From IMG/VR virus record IMGVR_UViG_3300021964_000047, positions 9,208-73,207 of that record: 64,000 nt of DNA. One strand, written 5' to 3'. Under the pieces are notes generated by a model. The model was given only the letters and a program-made list of their open reading frames with translations, was not told the origin of the DNA and searched no databases. Shown here one piece after another: positions 48,183 to 57,730 of this stretch (the first letter of the stretch is position 1; every line of letters starts with the position of its first letter). The DNA comes from a virus. Both the position numbers and the translations under genes were made by a program.

Positions 48183-48469
48183 TGGCGTATAAAAAGAACT
48201 GGCGATCCTCCAAATGCACTTTGGAGGAGGCCGCATCAATGCTGCGATTAGTGGCACAAGATTACACAGACCAAAGGTTTACTGTCCGCATCATCACTGA
48301 TGATGGAGGTAGACACTTGGCTGTCTATGCTGAATACGGTGAACACGGTGAAGAACCGTATCACAGCGAAATAGATCCACATTTCATGGACTGGCGAACC
48401 GTATGGTTTCAAGTTCCTCGTGGATATATCGAAGGAATAATGGAGGTAAAGGATGCCGGAGGCGACTGA
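48182..48469 (+). CDS. hypothetical protein
   Basis: Translationally coupled to the upstream ORF. Confidence 0.55.
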   Translation: MAYKKNWRSSKCTLEEAASMLRLVAQDYTDQRFTVRIITDDGGRHLAVYAEYGEHGEEPYHSEIDPHFMDWRTVWFQVPRGYIEGIMEVKDAGGD

Positions 48470-48626
48470 ACTTGTCGGTAGGCTCGTTAGAATTGCCGGT
48501 AAAATCGGCATTATTGCGGGCTGCAATTATTCAGAGGCCGACGATGTGTGGTCTGTCAATGTCCGCTTGACTGACGGAGAGGAATTTATATCGTTCCCAA
48601 CAATAATATATCGTTTTTTAATATAA
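48453..48626 (+). CDS. SH3-like miniprotein (not in ORF track)
   Basis: MPEATELVGRLVRI..IGII; GGAGG SD; 57 aa. Confidence 0.5.
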   Translation: MPEATELVGRLVRIAGKIGIIAGCNYSEADDVWSVNVRLTDGEEFISFPTIIYRFLI

Positions 48627-48691
48627 AAAATGATTTTTTTTCTTGACAAAAGAAACAAAACAAGATACACTATATTTGTCACAAGGAGGTA

Positions 48692-49219
48692 ATGATGACA
48701 AAACGAACTCTTAATGAGCATTTAACACAACTTGATCAAAACTCACAAGCCACTCAAGAGCAGATTGACCACTTGGCAACACGCTTCAAAGGCATCTTTA
48801 ACAAACTCGGATACAAAAAGTCTGCCAAAGATATAGATACATTGCGAGAATATGTAGATATGATCTTTGAATGTCAAGATTATCGCTGCACTCATTGGCT
48901 ACAAGTAGCAGAAGGCGAATTGAATGGTGTTTGGAACCGCCCATCCAAAGGATATATGGGTTGGAGAACCACCCAAGTATGGTACGAAATAGACCATGTT
49001 CATCCACGAAATGCCGGAGGAACCGACAGTTTGACCAACTTTCAGTTTCTATCGGCCAATGCCAACCAATTTGTCAAGTGCTCTCTGACATATGAGGATC
49101 TTTTAAAGCGTGTAGATTTATCTGATGCTCTCAAAGACAGAATAAGAAATGTCCTTGAACGCAGAAAGAAACTATTCCAATCAGAAAGATGGACAAATTT
49201 TGTCAATAATCTTTCTTGA
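48692..49219 (+). CDS. HNH endonuclease-domain protein
   Basis: YEIDHVHPRNAGGTDSLTNFQFLSANAN. Confidence 0.8.
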   Translation: MMTKRTLNEHLTQLDQNSQATQEQIDHLATRFKGIFNKLGYKKSAKDIDTLREYVDMIFECQDYRCTHWLQVAEGELNGVWNRPSKGYMGWRTTQVWYEIDHVHPRNAGGTDSLTNFQFLSANANQFVKCSLTYEDLLKRVDLSDALKDRIRNVLERRKKLFQSERWTNFVNNLS

Positions 49220-49270
49220 CAAATCTTTTCAATCGGTTATATTATTATCACACAAAGCATTGGAGGAATA

Positions 49271-49534
49271 ATGCGAACAACATACAGACAAATCTTATCT
49301 GCCGCTCATGGCGTTCTTGACAAAATTTCAAGCCACTACCGTACTGGTAGGTGGGTGGGTACTTTCGATGATTTTGTCACTTATGACAACTCACAGACGC
49401 TCACGGTCAAGATGGTAAAAGAACTGCTTTCCTGTATTGAACAAGGAGAGGTGGATCTTCCTATCTCTTTGGTCGGAGGAGACACTATTTATGTTGACAC
49501 CGATGTATACGGTTGGTTGGGAGATAAACTATGA
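49271..49534 (+). CDS. hypothetical protein
   Basis: GGAGG SD after a promoter. Confidence 0.55.
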   Translation: MRTTYRQILSAAHGVLDKISSHYRTGRWVGTFDDFVTYDNSQTLTVKMVKELLSCIEQGEVDLPISLVGGDTIYVDTDVYGWLGDKL

Positions 49535-49665
49535 GAATAAAAACTAGAAATTGGCACGCTGTGAACGCTCACCAACGCAAAGGTGGTGCTCATACACATA
49601 AGCGTAAGCACCAGTCTAAAAACGCTTGTCGCAAGTCTAAATCACAGAAATGGTCTGATGATTAG
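49531..49665 (+). CDS. small basic peptide (not in ORF track)
   Basis: MRIKTRNWHAVNAHQRKGGAHTHKRK.., 44 aa, ATGA-coupled. Confidence 0.55.
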   Translation: MRIKTRNWHAVNAHQRKGGAHTHKRKHQSKNACRKSKSQKWSDD

Positions 49666-49906
49666 TCTTGACGATATAACATACGATAACATATACATAG
49701 GTGCGGAGGTTCGTGATTTAACGACCATCCCTCCTATTCTTGGTTTTATTGTAGATATAGAAGAATACGGCTGGGCCAATGATTTCAAGGGCAACTGTGT
49801 TGCTTTTTCTTATTTCATTACGGTAAAAAACTGTGATGGGAACTATTACGAATTCGATATGGCTGAGGCCACCACCCTTAAACTTGTCGTGAGGACAAAA
49901 AAATGA
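49658..49906 (+). CDS. SH3-like miniprotein
   Basis: IYIGAEV..LGFIV..LKLV. Confidence 0.45.
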   Translation: MISLDDITYDNIYIGAEVRDLTTIPPILGFIVDIEEYGWANDFKGNCVAFSYFITVKNCDGNYYEFDMAEATTLKLVVRTKK

Positions 49907-50113
49907 TTGTTATGCCCCCCGAATACTACGAAATGGTCTATCGTGCTATAATTTTAAGCATCGCCTTTGGTCTTGGTGTAATGTACTTGATGATATATTT
50001 CGACTTTGAAACTTGGTTTTCAAAAAAGTTTAAAAAAAAGTTTGACAAATCAGAATAAACAAGATACATTACTAACATCAGCAATTCCGCTGTTCTAAAC
50101 TATGGAGGCCACG

Positions 50114-51031
50114 ATGGCCAAACGACAATGCGATTACTGCAAAGGTGATCATACTGAAACAAAATGCCCTCACCTTGAGGGTTGGATGACGCATTTCATC
50201 AACATTATCAACCTGAACCGTACCAATCAGTATCCTAGTCTTTCTTTTGATTTGGCGACTGCTTTCGATCTATATCCGCTCGGCACATTGTGGGATAGAT
50301 TTAACTCGTCTGCGACACAATCCGATTATCTCGGCAAAACACATTGGTTATGGTGGAGCATGGTGAGATCTTACAAAAAGCGGCTAAACTATAAGAAAGC
50401 CGGAGAGAAACGCAGAGGCCAAAAGCGAACTAGATCCGTTCGTTGCGGTTACTGCGGCTCCACAGGCCACACTCGTCGTACTTGTTCCGATTACAAGAGC
50501 CATGTTGTAACTTTGAAATCTGATACTACCCTCCGTAGGGCTATGTTCGTTGATGCTTGTCGTGAGATAGGTCTAGGCAAGGGCACTTTGTTGAAATTCA
50601 CTCTCGGCAAAGAAGGGCGAGAGTACAGAGATAACGGTTGGCTCAAGGATACCGAAGATGAATTTTTGGCTATGGTTATGGAAATACCGGTAGCAAACAT
50701 CAATGCTTTCACGAATTCTAACCGTTGGTCGGACTTTTACGAGAGTGCTCATATTATTTGCAAGCCTCTTGCATCAACCAATAACAGAGGTACGGTCAGT
50801 TTATTTGCCAACAACTCTGTCTTTAACGGTGCTTTCGCTAAAATCACAGAGCAAAACCACACCCCACATTACAATAGTCTGTGGGAGGTTGAGATCGTGT
50901 CAGCCTCGAAGGATCAATCTTGGAATGAGGCCAATGCCGATGAATACTTGGACATCCTTAAGAAAAGAGAGAAGTCTATCGTTCGTTCCTATGTGGAGGC
51001 TGCAAGTCAATGGCTAGAACAAAACCGCTAG
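50114..51031 (+). CDS. double zinc-knuckle protein (paralog 1)
   Basis: CDYCKGDHTETKC and CGYCGSTGHTRRTC. Confidence 0.7.
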   Translation: MAKRQCDYCKGDHTETKCPHLEGWMTHFINIINLNRTNQYPSLSFDLATAFDLYPLGTLWDRFNSSATQSDYLGKTHWLWWSMVRSYKKRLNYKKAGEKRRGQKRTRSVRCGYCGSTGHTRRTCSDYKSHVVTLKSDTTLRRAMFVDACREIGLGKGTLLKFTLGKEGREYRDNGWLKDTEDEFLAMVMEIPVANINAFTNSNRWSDFYESAHIICKPLASTNNRGTVSLFANNSVFNGAFAKITEQNHTPHYNSLWEVEIVSASKDQSWNEANADEYLDILKKREKSIVRSYVEAASQWLEQNR

Positions 51032-51306
51032 TAATAGGCGACCTTGTGTCGTTCCAATCCACCGTTCTATCAGAACAAAATGTTTATCAAAAGAACTATT
51101 CCGATGAACGCAAGATCGGTATGGTTGTGGACACAATGGGTAAAGATATGGTCAAGGTTCAATGGGTCAGCAAGGCTGTCGAGCCTTGTTGGTATCAGCG
51201 AAAAGCCTTGAGGAAACTGGATACTCAAAAAAGTTTAAATTTTTGCTTGACATATTTCATAAAACAGGATACATTATTTACATCAACAGCAATGGAGGCC
51301 ATATGA
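51010..51306 (+). CDS. MKVGDLV-family miniprotein
   Basis: LVIGDLV..IGMVV. Confidence 0.6.
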   Translation: MARTKPLVIGDLVSFQSTVLSEQNVYQKNYSDERKIGMVVDTMGKDMVKVQWVSKAVEPCWYQRKALRKLDTQKSLNFCLTYFIKQDTLFTSTAMEAI

Positions 51307-51479
51307 AACAAGGCGATCTAGTAAAACTCAAGGGCAATGATACCCTATACATTATAAACCATTTAACAAAACTCGGCCAAACCGATGTTGCAGCAATCAC
51401 GCCAGTCGAAACAATGGACTGGTCGATGACTTGTGTATACCCCTTATCAAGACTGGAGAAATGTAATGAAAACGGGTGA
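51303..51479 (+). CDS. MKVGDLV-family miniprotein
   Basis: MKQGDLV..LEKCNENG. Confidence 0.7.
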   Translation: MKQGDLVKLKGNDTLYIINHLTKLGQTDVAAITPVETMDWSMTCVYPLSRLEKCNENG

Positions 51480-51645
51480 TTTAGTGCGATGTATTTACAA
51501 ATACGGAGGGCATGATAACTGCCGTCTGTATGGAAAGATAGGACTTGTCGTTGCCTCCTACACTATGGGGCCGTATGTCGATGTTTTGATAAACAACGAG
51601 ATACATATGATGCCTTGTCGGAGACTGGAAAAGATATGCAAGTAG
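51466..51645 (+). CDS. MKVGDLV-family miniprotein
   Basis: MKTGDLV..IGLVV..LEKICK. Confidence 0.7.
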   Translation: MKTGDLVRCIYKYGGHDNCRLYGKIGLVVASYTMGPYVDVLINNEIHMMPCRRLEKICK

Positions 51646-51857
51646 GCGATTTAGTAAGACACAACGGCTCCGGCCCTGTCGGATGGAAGATGCAAGGTGC
51701 TATTGGTCTCATAACCAAACACGAAGCGTGGACTAACGGTGGGGAGCATATCACTGCGGAATGGCGTATTTTGTGGGTTTCCAAGTGGGTGACCGACTGG
51801 TACAAAGAGGTTCTATGGTACGACACAGAATTGGAGGTGATAAGTGAAAGTCGGTGA
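51636..51857 (+). CDS. MKVGDLV-family miniprotein
   Basis: MQVGDLV..IGLI..LEVISESR. Confidence 0.7.
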   Translation: MQVGDLVRHNGSGPVGWKMQGAIGLITKHEAWTNGGEHITAEWRILWVSKWVTDWYKEVLWYDTELEVISESR

Positions 51858-52068
51858 CTTGGTAAGAACAAAGCAGCAATCTTGGATGCACGATGACTAC
51901 GACGATAGCGACTTTGGCTTTGTTGTAAACATAGGTCTAATCTACAAGATTGACGAGACAGGTGTTTGGGTTCGCCACAATGGCGGCCTCCCCTGTAACG
52001 AAGGCATACGATTATTCTATCATTTCGAGATAGACAGAGATTTGGAGGTGGTTTATGCGACGACCTAA
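51844..52068 (+). CDS. MKVGDLV-family miniprotein
   Basis: MKVGDLV..IGLI..LEVV. Confidence 0.7.
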   Translation: MKVGDLVRTKQQSWMHDDYDDSDFGFVVNIGLIYKIDETGVWVRHNGGLPCNEGIRLFYHFEIDRDLEVVYATT

Positions 52069-52225
52069 GATAGGTGACTTGGTGACTTGTAAACTTTGGC
52101 TTGAGCCAGAAATGGCTGTGGTGGTCTCGTTCCTAACGGATCATTTGGCCACAATTATGATGACCGATGGTAGTGCTCGCAATCAGTTTTTATGGGAATT
52201 GGTGGTGCTCAATGAAGGTCGGTGA
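52055..52225 (+). CDS. MKVGDLV-family miniprotein (not in ORF track)
   Basis: MRRPKIGDLV..LVVLNEGR; 56 aa. Confidence 0.65.
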   Translation: MRRPKIGDLVTCKLWLEPEMAVVVSFLTDHLATIMMTDGSARNQFLWELVVLNEGR

Positions 52226-52367
52226 TTTGGTAAGACATACAGAACTCGGTTGGCTCGGTATCGTAACGGCCAAGACACTCGTTCACAACGGACATGTTTG
52301 GTATCGTATCTATGCCAATGGTATTTCTATCGAGTATACATCGAGCAAATGGGAGGTCGTCAAATGA
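52212..52367 (+). CDS. MKVGDLV-family miniprotein
   Basis: MKVGDLV..LGIV..WEVVK. Confidence 0.7.
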   Translation: MKVGDLVRHTELGWLGIVTAKTLVHNGHVWYRIYANGISIEYTSSKWEVVK

Positions 52368-52618
52368 AAACAATAATACATGTAAATCAGCACATTATCA
52401 AAAAGAATAGGAAGGAACAGGATAATCAGCCCGTCCTTACCTGTAAGACATACAAGTCCAATAATTACGGCCATGAGGCGATTATTCGGGACAAAGAGGG
52501 CAATGAGGTAGCAAGGGTCATCTATCGTCCGGACAAACCACTATCCTGTGGGGCACATGTTTGGATAGAAACTACCCTACCGGTCGAGGTCATAAATAAA
52601 AATAAAAAAAATACTTGA
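52364..52618 (+). CDS. conserved small phage protein
   Basis: IHVNQH..VIYRPDKPLSCGAHVWIET; stop codon lies inside the TTGACA box. Confidence 0.65.
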   Translation: MKTIIHVNQHIIKKNRKEQDNQPVLTCKTYKSNNYGHEAIIRDKEGNEVARVIYRPDKPLSCGAHVWIETTLPVEVINKNKKNT

Positions 52619-52675
52619 CAAACTGCTACCCCCGTGATACATTACTAACATCAACAACGAACACAGGAGGCCACA

Positions 52676-53026
52676 ATGGCCCTTAAGGTATATGTAACTT
52701 ATATGCAAGACTGGTCTAATGGCGAGGCAGAGCCACTCTCAACCCATGTAACAGAGCAAGGTGCAAAAAAGCGACTAATTGACTATCTCACCTCTCACAT
52801 GAGAGAATTGATACGATGGTCTGATCTTTCTGATCTCGACGATTGGCTTGCCGAAACTCTTGATAGTTTCGGTGCATCGTGGAATGGATATGATCATACA
52901 GTCACAGACCTAGCGGAGGCCGATATAGATAAACTTTGGAATACTTTGTATGAATACAATGATGAAATTGCCGATACTTACGGCTCGGCTTGGTACAATT
53001 ATTCAACACACGAACTGGAGGGATGA
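52676..53026 (+). CDS. hypothetical acidic protein
   Basis: AGGAGG SD after a promoter. Confidence 0.6.
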   Translation: MALKVYVTYMQDWSNGEAEPLSTHVTEQGAKKRLIDYLTSHMRELIRWSDLSDLDDWLAETLDSFGASWNGYDHTVTDLAEADIDKLWNTLYEYNDEIADTYGSAWYNYSTHELEG

Positions 53027-53199
53027 TGAAGGTCGGTGATTTGGTGCGAGTGACCTTCTCCGATGGAGAGGTGGTCATTGGCGAATTCTATAAAAATGAG
53101 CGAGGGTTCATCGTAATACTCTCGCACGGCATAGAGGTTCCTTTCAGAGAAGGCACAGCAACGGTCGAGGTCATAAATAAAAATGAAAAAAATACTTGA
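53023..53199 (+). CDS. MKVGDLV-family miniprotein
   Basis: MKVGDLV..VEVINKNEKNT. Confidence 0.7.
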   Translation: MMKVGDLVRVTFSDGEVVIGEFYKNERGFIVILSHGIEVPFREGTATVEVINKNEKNT

Positions 53200-53254
53200 C
53201 AAATTACTACTACCGTGATACATTACTAACATCAACGAACAATACGAGGTTCAA

Positions 53255-53437
53255 ATGCAAATAGGCGATTTAGTAAAACACAAACTTAACGAAGATCTCA
53301 ACGGAAAGATTGGATTGGTAACCGCTATTCACAAAGGTATGACCTACGGTCGGCAACCATATCACATTGTCAATGTTCTATTCGGCAAGCACACATACCA
53401 AGTTAGAGCCGAACTCTTGGAGGTATTATGCAAATAA
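53255..53437 (+). CDS. MKVGDLV-family miniprotein
   Basis: MQIGDLV..IGLV..LEVLCK. Confidence 0.7.
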   Translation: MQIGDLVKHKLNEDLNGKIGLVTAIHKGMTYGRQPYHIVNVLFGKHTYQVRAELLEVLCK

Positions 53438-53589
53438 AAGTCGGAGATCTTGTGAGACACAGGTATTTCACCAAGTATGGCGTTGGCCTAGTGTTAGATG
53501 TCGGCACAATCTATGCTGGCATAAAATGGATTAAAGCCGAACACGGCTATAGATCCCAAAGGGTCGAGAACCTAGCGAGGGTCAAATGA
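53428..53589 (+). CDS. MKVGDLV-family miniprotein (not in ORF track)
   Basis: MQIKVGDLV..VGLV; 53 aa. Confidence 0.65.
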   Translation: MQIKVGDLVRHRYFTKYGVGLVLDVGTIYAGIKWIKAEHGYRSQRVENLARVK

Positions 53590-53807
53590 ATAATGATACT
53601 TGGGAGAGAGATCCCGGCCTAGACTTGATTGTAGGCGACTTGGTTGCCATTCGCAAGCACCACACTTATGGTGGAACCATCGGTGTTATCACAAAGGTTG
53701 TCGTTCCTCGCAAGCAGTTTTGGGTACACTGGCTATCTAACGAGCGGTTATCGACATTATGCACTTATCGGCTCATCGAGCCAGTCAAGGAGGACAAATG
53801 CAAATAG
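53586..53807 (+). CDS. MKVGDLV-family miniprotein
   Basis: LIVGDLV..IGVI. Confidence 0.65.
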   Translation: MNNDTWERDPGLDLIVGDLVAIRKHHTYGGTIGVITKVVVPRKQFWVHWLSNERLSTLCTYRLIEPVKEDKCK

Positions 53808-53968
53808 GCGATTTAGTACGATGTGGACACCACAAAGGCATTATTATTCGGGAAGGCATGGAGGAATTCACAGGGAGAGGCCCCGTATGGTTTCACATCC
53901 TGTGGTTCGACGGTCAACATGGATGGAAACATAAAATGCTATTGGAGAAGGTCGATGAAAACGGGTGA
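53798..53968 (+). CDS. MKVGDLV-family miniprotein
   Basis: MQIGDLV..KGII..LEKVDENG. Confidence 0.7.
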   Translation: MQIGDLVRCGHHKGIIIREGMEEFTGRGPVWFHILWFDGQHGWKHKMLLEKVDENG

Positions 53969-54137
53969 TTTAGTTAGACGAAGGAACAATGGGGATCTTG
54001 CGATTGTTATTGAGACCGAGTGGATTGAAGGAGCATATGGGCGAAATTGGCCCGAAAAGGTCAATGTGCTTACAATGCGGGGATACAAGCAATACTGGTT
54101 CCCTGTTGAGTGTGAGGTGATAAGTGAAAGTCGGTGA
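53955..54137 (+). CDS. MKVGDLV-family miniprotein
   Basis: MKTGDLV..LAIV..CEVISESR. Confidence 0.7.
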   Translation: MKTGDLVRRRNNGDLAIVIETEWIEGAYGRNWPEKVNVLTMRGYKQYWFPVECEVISESR

Positions 54138-54309
54138 TCTTGTCATGGCATCGTGGTACGAATGTGATGATGTAAAGTATGGTGTCATAACCGACATTCG
54201 TGCCGATGGGTACTTGGCTCGTATTCACTGGATGGATGGAACAATCGGCCTCCTCGATGATAGTTGGTTCAAAGTAATCAGCAATGATCGAGACAATAAA
54301 AAAACTTAA
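54124..54309 (+). CDS. MKVGDLV-family miniprotein
   Basis: MKVGDLV..YGVI. Confidence 0.7.
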   Translation: MKVGDLVMASWYECDDVKYGVITDIRADGYLARIHWMDGTIGLLDDSWFKVISNDRDNKKT

Positions 54310-54402
54310 ACTTTTTTCTTGACAAATGAAACCTAACAGGATACATTACTTATATCAGACGAACTGATACTACCCCCCTACCGCCAACCAAAGGAGATTG
54401 AC

Positions 54403-54768
54403 ATGGCGTTTTTAAAACCAAACTTACTGATTTTTATTCAAAACAATGGCAAGCCTATCACGGCTATCGTACAGAAGGTCGCTTTCCGCAGATACTGGGG
54501 AAAGGGAAAGAACGACGATGGAAAGAAGGTTCGCAAGCAACGCTCGATGCCTTATGCTATATGTAGCGTCATTATGTCACAAGACGAGCAAGTAAAGATG
54601 GGAGCACAATTCACAATTGCTGGCTATATGCTCCAAAATGTCGAGGTCAAGGGCAAAACCTCCCTCGCTTTCCGCAGCAAGTATGTAGCCGAGTTTGCCG
54701 ATAAAATGGGGAACGAATGGGTTCAGAGGATGATCAACGAGGAATTTAATCATGATACCGAGCAGTGA
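54403..54768 (+). CDS. hypothetical basic protein
   Basis: AAGGAG SD after a promoter. Confidence 0.6.
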   Translation: MAFLKPNLLIFIQNNGKPITAIVQKVAFRRYWGKGKNDDGKKVRKQRSMPYAICSVIMSQDEQVKMGAQFTIAGYMLQNVEVKGKTSLAFRSKYVAEFADKMGNEWVQRMINEEFNHDTEQ

Positions 54769-54985
54769 TTATGTCCCACAGATAGGGGATCTAGTCCAGT
54801 ACACCGGTGTCTCCAATGATTATGCCGGACAAATCGGTGTTATTACGGGCAGAACCGTGATAGCAACAGGGTATTTAAAGAACCACAAAAAACGATGGTT
54901 ATACCATATCCAGTTTCCAAGCGGCCTGTGGAACCTAAAGCCCCATCATTTCAAGGTCATTAAAAAATATGAAAAAAATACTTGA
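54752..54985 (+). CDS. MKVGDLV-family miniprotein
   Basis: PQIGDLV..IGVI..FKVI. Confidence 0.65.
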   Translation: MIPSSDYVPQIGDLVQYTGVSNDYAGQIGVITGRTVIATGYLKNHKKRWLYHIQFPSGLWNLKPHHFKVIKKYEKNT

Positions 54986-55040
54986 CAAATCATAGGTAAC
55001 AGGATACATTACTAACATCAACGACAAACACGAGGTTTTG

Positions 55041-55256
55041 ATGAAACGAATAGGAACTTTGGTAAGATTTAGGAACCATAAAAACCCTGATAGAGAGGGG
55101 ATGCTCGGCATCGTATTGACCTACAGCGAACTCGAAGGATACAGGGTTTGGTGGCAGCATGGTTCGTCTAGTGGCGGTTGGCGTGAACACAACTTCCATC
55201 AGGCCAAACTCAAGCCCAACAGAGTATGGTTGGAGGTTCTCAATGAAAGTCGGTGA
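55041..55256 (+). CDS. MKRIGT-subfamily miniprotein
   Basis: MKRIGTLV..LGIV..LEVLNESR; close paralog of 55508. Confidence 0.7.
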   Translation: MKRIGTLVRFRNHKNPDREGMLGIVLTYSELEGYRVWWQHGSSSGGWREHNFHQAKLKPNRVWLEVLNESR

Positions 55257-55440
55257 TCTTGTCCTAGAGGCAGTCGAAAAGCGAGCACGAGATGTAAGAC
55301 CCCCTCTTATGGGGGTTATCCTTGCTGTTAGCAAATCGGGCTACCATTATCATATACAATGGACAAACGGCAAAGAGGCTTATCTTGGTCGCTCAATGGT
55401 TATTCCATTAAGGAAAGATCGAGACAATAAAAATAAATAA
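55243..55440 (+). CDS. MKVGDLV-family miniprotein
   Basis: MKVGDLV..MGVI. Confidence 0.7.
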   Translation: MKVGDLVLEAVEKRARDVRPPLMGVILAVSKSGYHYHIQWTNGKEAYLGRSMVIPLRKDRDNKNK

Positions 55441-55507
55441 AAAAAATACTTGACAAACTACTACCCCCGTGATACATTACCTACATCATCGAACAACAGG
55501 AGATAAG

Positions 55508-55714
55508 ATGAAACGAATAGGAACTATAGTAAAATGGTCTGAGGACTTTCATTTCGGACAGAATAATGCCGGTATGCTCGGTATTGTTGTATCTTATACT
55601 GACGACGACGGCTACAAGATTTGGTGGGCCAATGGTTCATCAAGCGATGATTGGAGCGAGTGGGATTTTGCAAGCCCCGATGGAGCACTGGTGGTGGTAA
55701 ATGAAAGTCGGTGA
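55508..55714 (+). CDS. MKRIGT-subfamily miniprotein
   Basis: MKRIGTIV..LGIV..LVVVNESR. Confidence 0.7.
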   Translation: MKRIGTIVKWSEDFHFGQNNAGMLGIVVSYTDDDGYKIWWANGSSSDDWSEWDFASPDGALVVVNESR

Positions 55715-55880
55715 TTTAATCAAGGTCAAATACCCAAACCCTACATCAAAAGACCCTCACATCGGGGTTATTGTTGAGTTTGTGCAATGGGGCGTGGTTA
55801 AGTCCAAGTTTGCTAGGGTGTGTTTAATCAATGGTCATCGAGCCACTTATCGTCTCGATAATTTGGAGGTAGTAAAATGA
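55701..55880 (+). CDS. MKVGDLV-family miniprotein (not in ORF track)
   Basis: MKVGDLI..IGVI..LEVVK; 59 aa. Confidence 0.7.
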   Translation: MKVGDLIKVKYPNPTSKDPHIGVIVEFVQWGVVKSKFARVCLINGHRATYRLDNLEVVK

Positions 55881-56074
55881 AAGTAGGTGATTTAGTAAAG
55901 CACAACGGTCTAGACGGTTGGTACAATATGGAAGGAAAGATCGGTGTTCTCAAAGAACTACTCAAGATGCCCGACCCCCGCTGTGGTCGATGGATTGTCC
56001 ACTGGTGCGATCCGAATACACCACGATACTATCAATGGGAGGCATACTTTCCCGAACACTTGGAGGCATTATGA
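55877..56074 (+). CDS. MKVGDLV-family miniprotein
   Basis: MKVGDLV..IGVL..LEAL. Confidence 0.7.
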   Translation: MKVGDLVKHNGLDGWYNMEGKIGVLKELLKMPDPRCGRWIVHWCDPNTPRYYQWEAYFPEHLEAL

Positions 56075-56346
56075 AAATAGGCGATTTAGTAACCCTGTCC
56101 GCAACAGGTAAAAAGCAACATCAGAACGCTTTAGCAAGGTGCGCTGCCTTTGGCATCATCGTAAAGGTCGAGGATCGTGGCACATGCCGCCCTTGTTTCG
56201 ATCCCACGAGCACGGAAAACTGCGTCAGGCCCATGCTTATTGTGGATTGGTGGTATTCATCCAAAAACTGGAGGGGCAAAAAGATCCGTCAGCAGCACCA
56301 TTGGCGATACGAGATCAAAAAACTCAAGGCACAATCGAAACAATAA
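56071..56346 (+). CDS. MKVGDLV-family miniprotein
   Basis: MKIGDLV..FGII. Confidence 0.7.
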   Translation: MKIGDLVTLSATGKKQHQNALARCAAFGIIVKVEDRGTCRPCFDPTSTENCVRPMLIVDWWYSSKNWRGKKIRQQHHWRYEIKKLKAQSKQ

Positions 56347-56426
56347 ACTTTTTTCACTTTTTTTATTGACAAATGAAATATAACAAGATACATTACTAAC
56401 ATCAACCACAAACACTGGAGGCTCCA

Positions 56427-57278
56427 ATGAGAGCATTTACCAATGGCGGCTCAAGCCGTCGATCATCATCATCCTGTTCCTATTGCGGTGAAAGCGAACA
56501 CCGTATCAACGAGTGTCCTTATGCCGAGAAGGACTGGGCCTCTTTGCAAGGCGGCATTATCCCGCTCAACTCGGCCACACCTCGTGTTTGGTACAAAAAC
56601 CCAAAGTATTGGTCGGACTGGTACACCAAAGCAGAGACCGCAGTAGCAAGTATCGAGGCTGCTAGACAACGAGCCACACAAAAACGCAAAGGTTCTACTA
56701 CCCCCCGTACCTGTGGGTTCTGTGGGTCAGCAGACCATACCCGTCGCAACTGTGCCCAAATGGCTGCATTTGTAGCAAAGTGCGAGAAGGCCAATGAGAA
56801 CTGGCGACGAGAGGCTTATAAATGGCTTGTCGACAATGGCCTTTACATCGGCTCTGCTATTCAAATCCAAGAGAAATCTTGGAGGGGCGATGGTGAAAAG
56901 CACATTGCTCTGATTACATCAATAAACCTTGATGATATAAATGTTATGACTGCCTTCAATACAAGGTGGCACTCTGATACAGCCACAAACTATATCCAGC
57001 CTATCGAGATCAATGCTACCTTCAACGGTCAAACGAAAACAATCAACATCGGTGACTTGGTAAAGTCCGATAGTCCCGTGTCGGAGCGAGCGGCATCGTC
57101 ATACCATTTGTATTCCTATGTCCGCAAACTGACCTCCAATGCGACACCACCAAGCGACGATTGGATCACATCCTACAAGGCTGCGTGGACTTGGTTAGCC
57201 AAGCGAAAGTCGTACGAGTGGCTCAAAGACAACAAGATTGTCGAGCATATTGAGACTTGGGCCGCAAAGGCCCAGTAA
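56427..57278 (+). CDS. double zinc-knuckle protein (paralog 2)
   Basis: CSYCGESEHRINEC and CGFCGSADHTRRNC. Confidence 0.7.
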   Translation: MRAFTNGGSSRRSSSSCSYCGESEHRINECPYAEKDWASLQGGIIPLNSATPRVWYKNPKYWSDWYTKAETAVASIEAARQRATQKRKGSTTPRTCGFCGSADHTRRNCAQMAAFVAKCEKANENWRREAYKWLVDNGLYIGSAIQIQEKSWRGDGEKHIALITSINLDDINVMTAFNTRWHSDTATNYIQPIEINATFNGQTKTINIGDLVKSDSPVSERAASSYHLYSYVRKLTSNATPPSDDWITSYKAAWTWLAKRKSYEWLKDNKIVEHIETWAAKAQ

Positions 57279-57370
57279 TGGTCGAGGTCATAAAAAAGTT
57301 TATTTTTTTTGTTGACAAATTGCTACTACCATGATACATTACTAACATCAACGACAACCACGAGGTTCAA

Positions 57371-57730
57371 ATGAAAACAACAAACATTTCAGTCAGTCTA
57401 AACACCCCCGATGGAAGGAAACAATACACAGGTCGAGGCATTGTCGCTTATCCCTTTGTTATTCATCGCCCAATTATGAGTGTTAGGGAAATGTCAGCGG
57501 GCAATGCCTACTGGTGCGTTTCCCACATTGCCAGTGGTCGCAAGGCCTTCAATGCAGCGACAATCAAAGATGCAAAGCGGATGGTTAGTATTCTAGGACA
57601 GTTTGATCTATTCAAGATGCCCGAATGTGACAGGTTCTATGAACTTTGCAAAGCACAAGGGCGAAAGGTTCAGAACACCCTTGAGAACGAGGGTTGGTCA
57701 CCGTCAACAATGAGGTTTACAAATGTTTAA
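57371..57730 (+). CDS. hypothetical protein
   Basis: GAGG SD after a promoter; WCVSHIASG motif. Confidence 0.6.
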   Translation: MKTTNISVSLNTPDGRKQYTGRGIVAYPFVIHRPIMSVREMSAGNAYWCVSHIASGRKAFNAATIKDAKRMVSILGQFDLFKMPECDRFYELCKAQGRKVQNTLENEGWSPSTMRFTNV

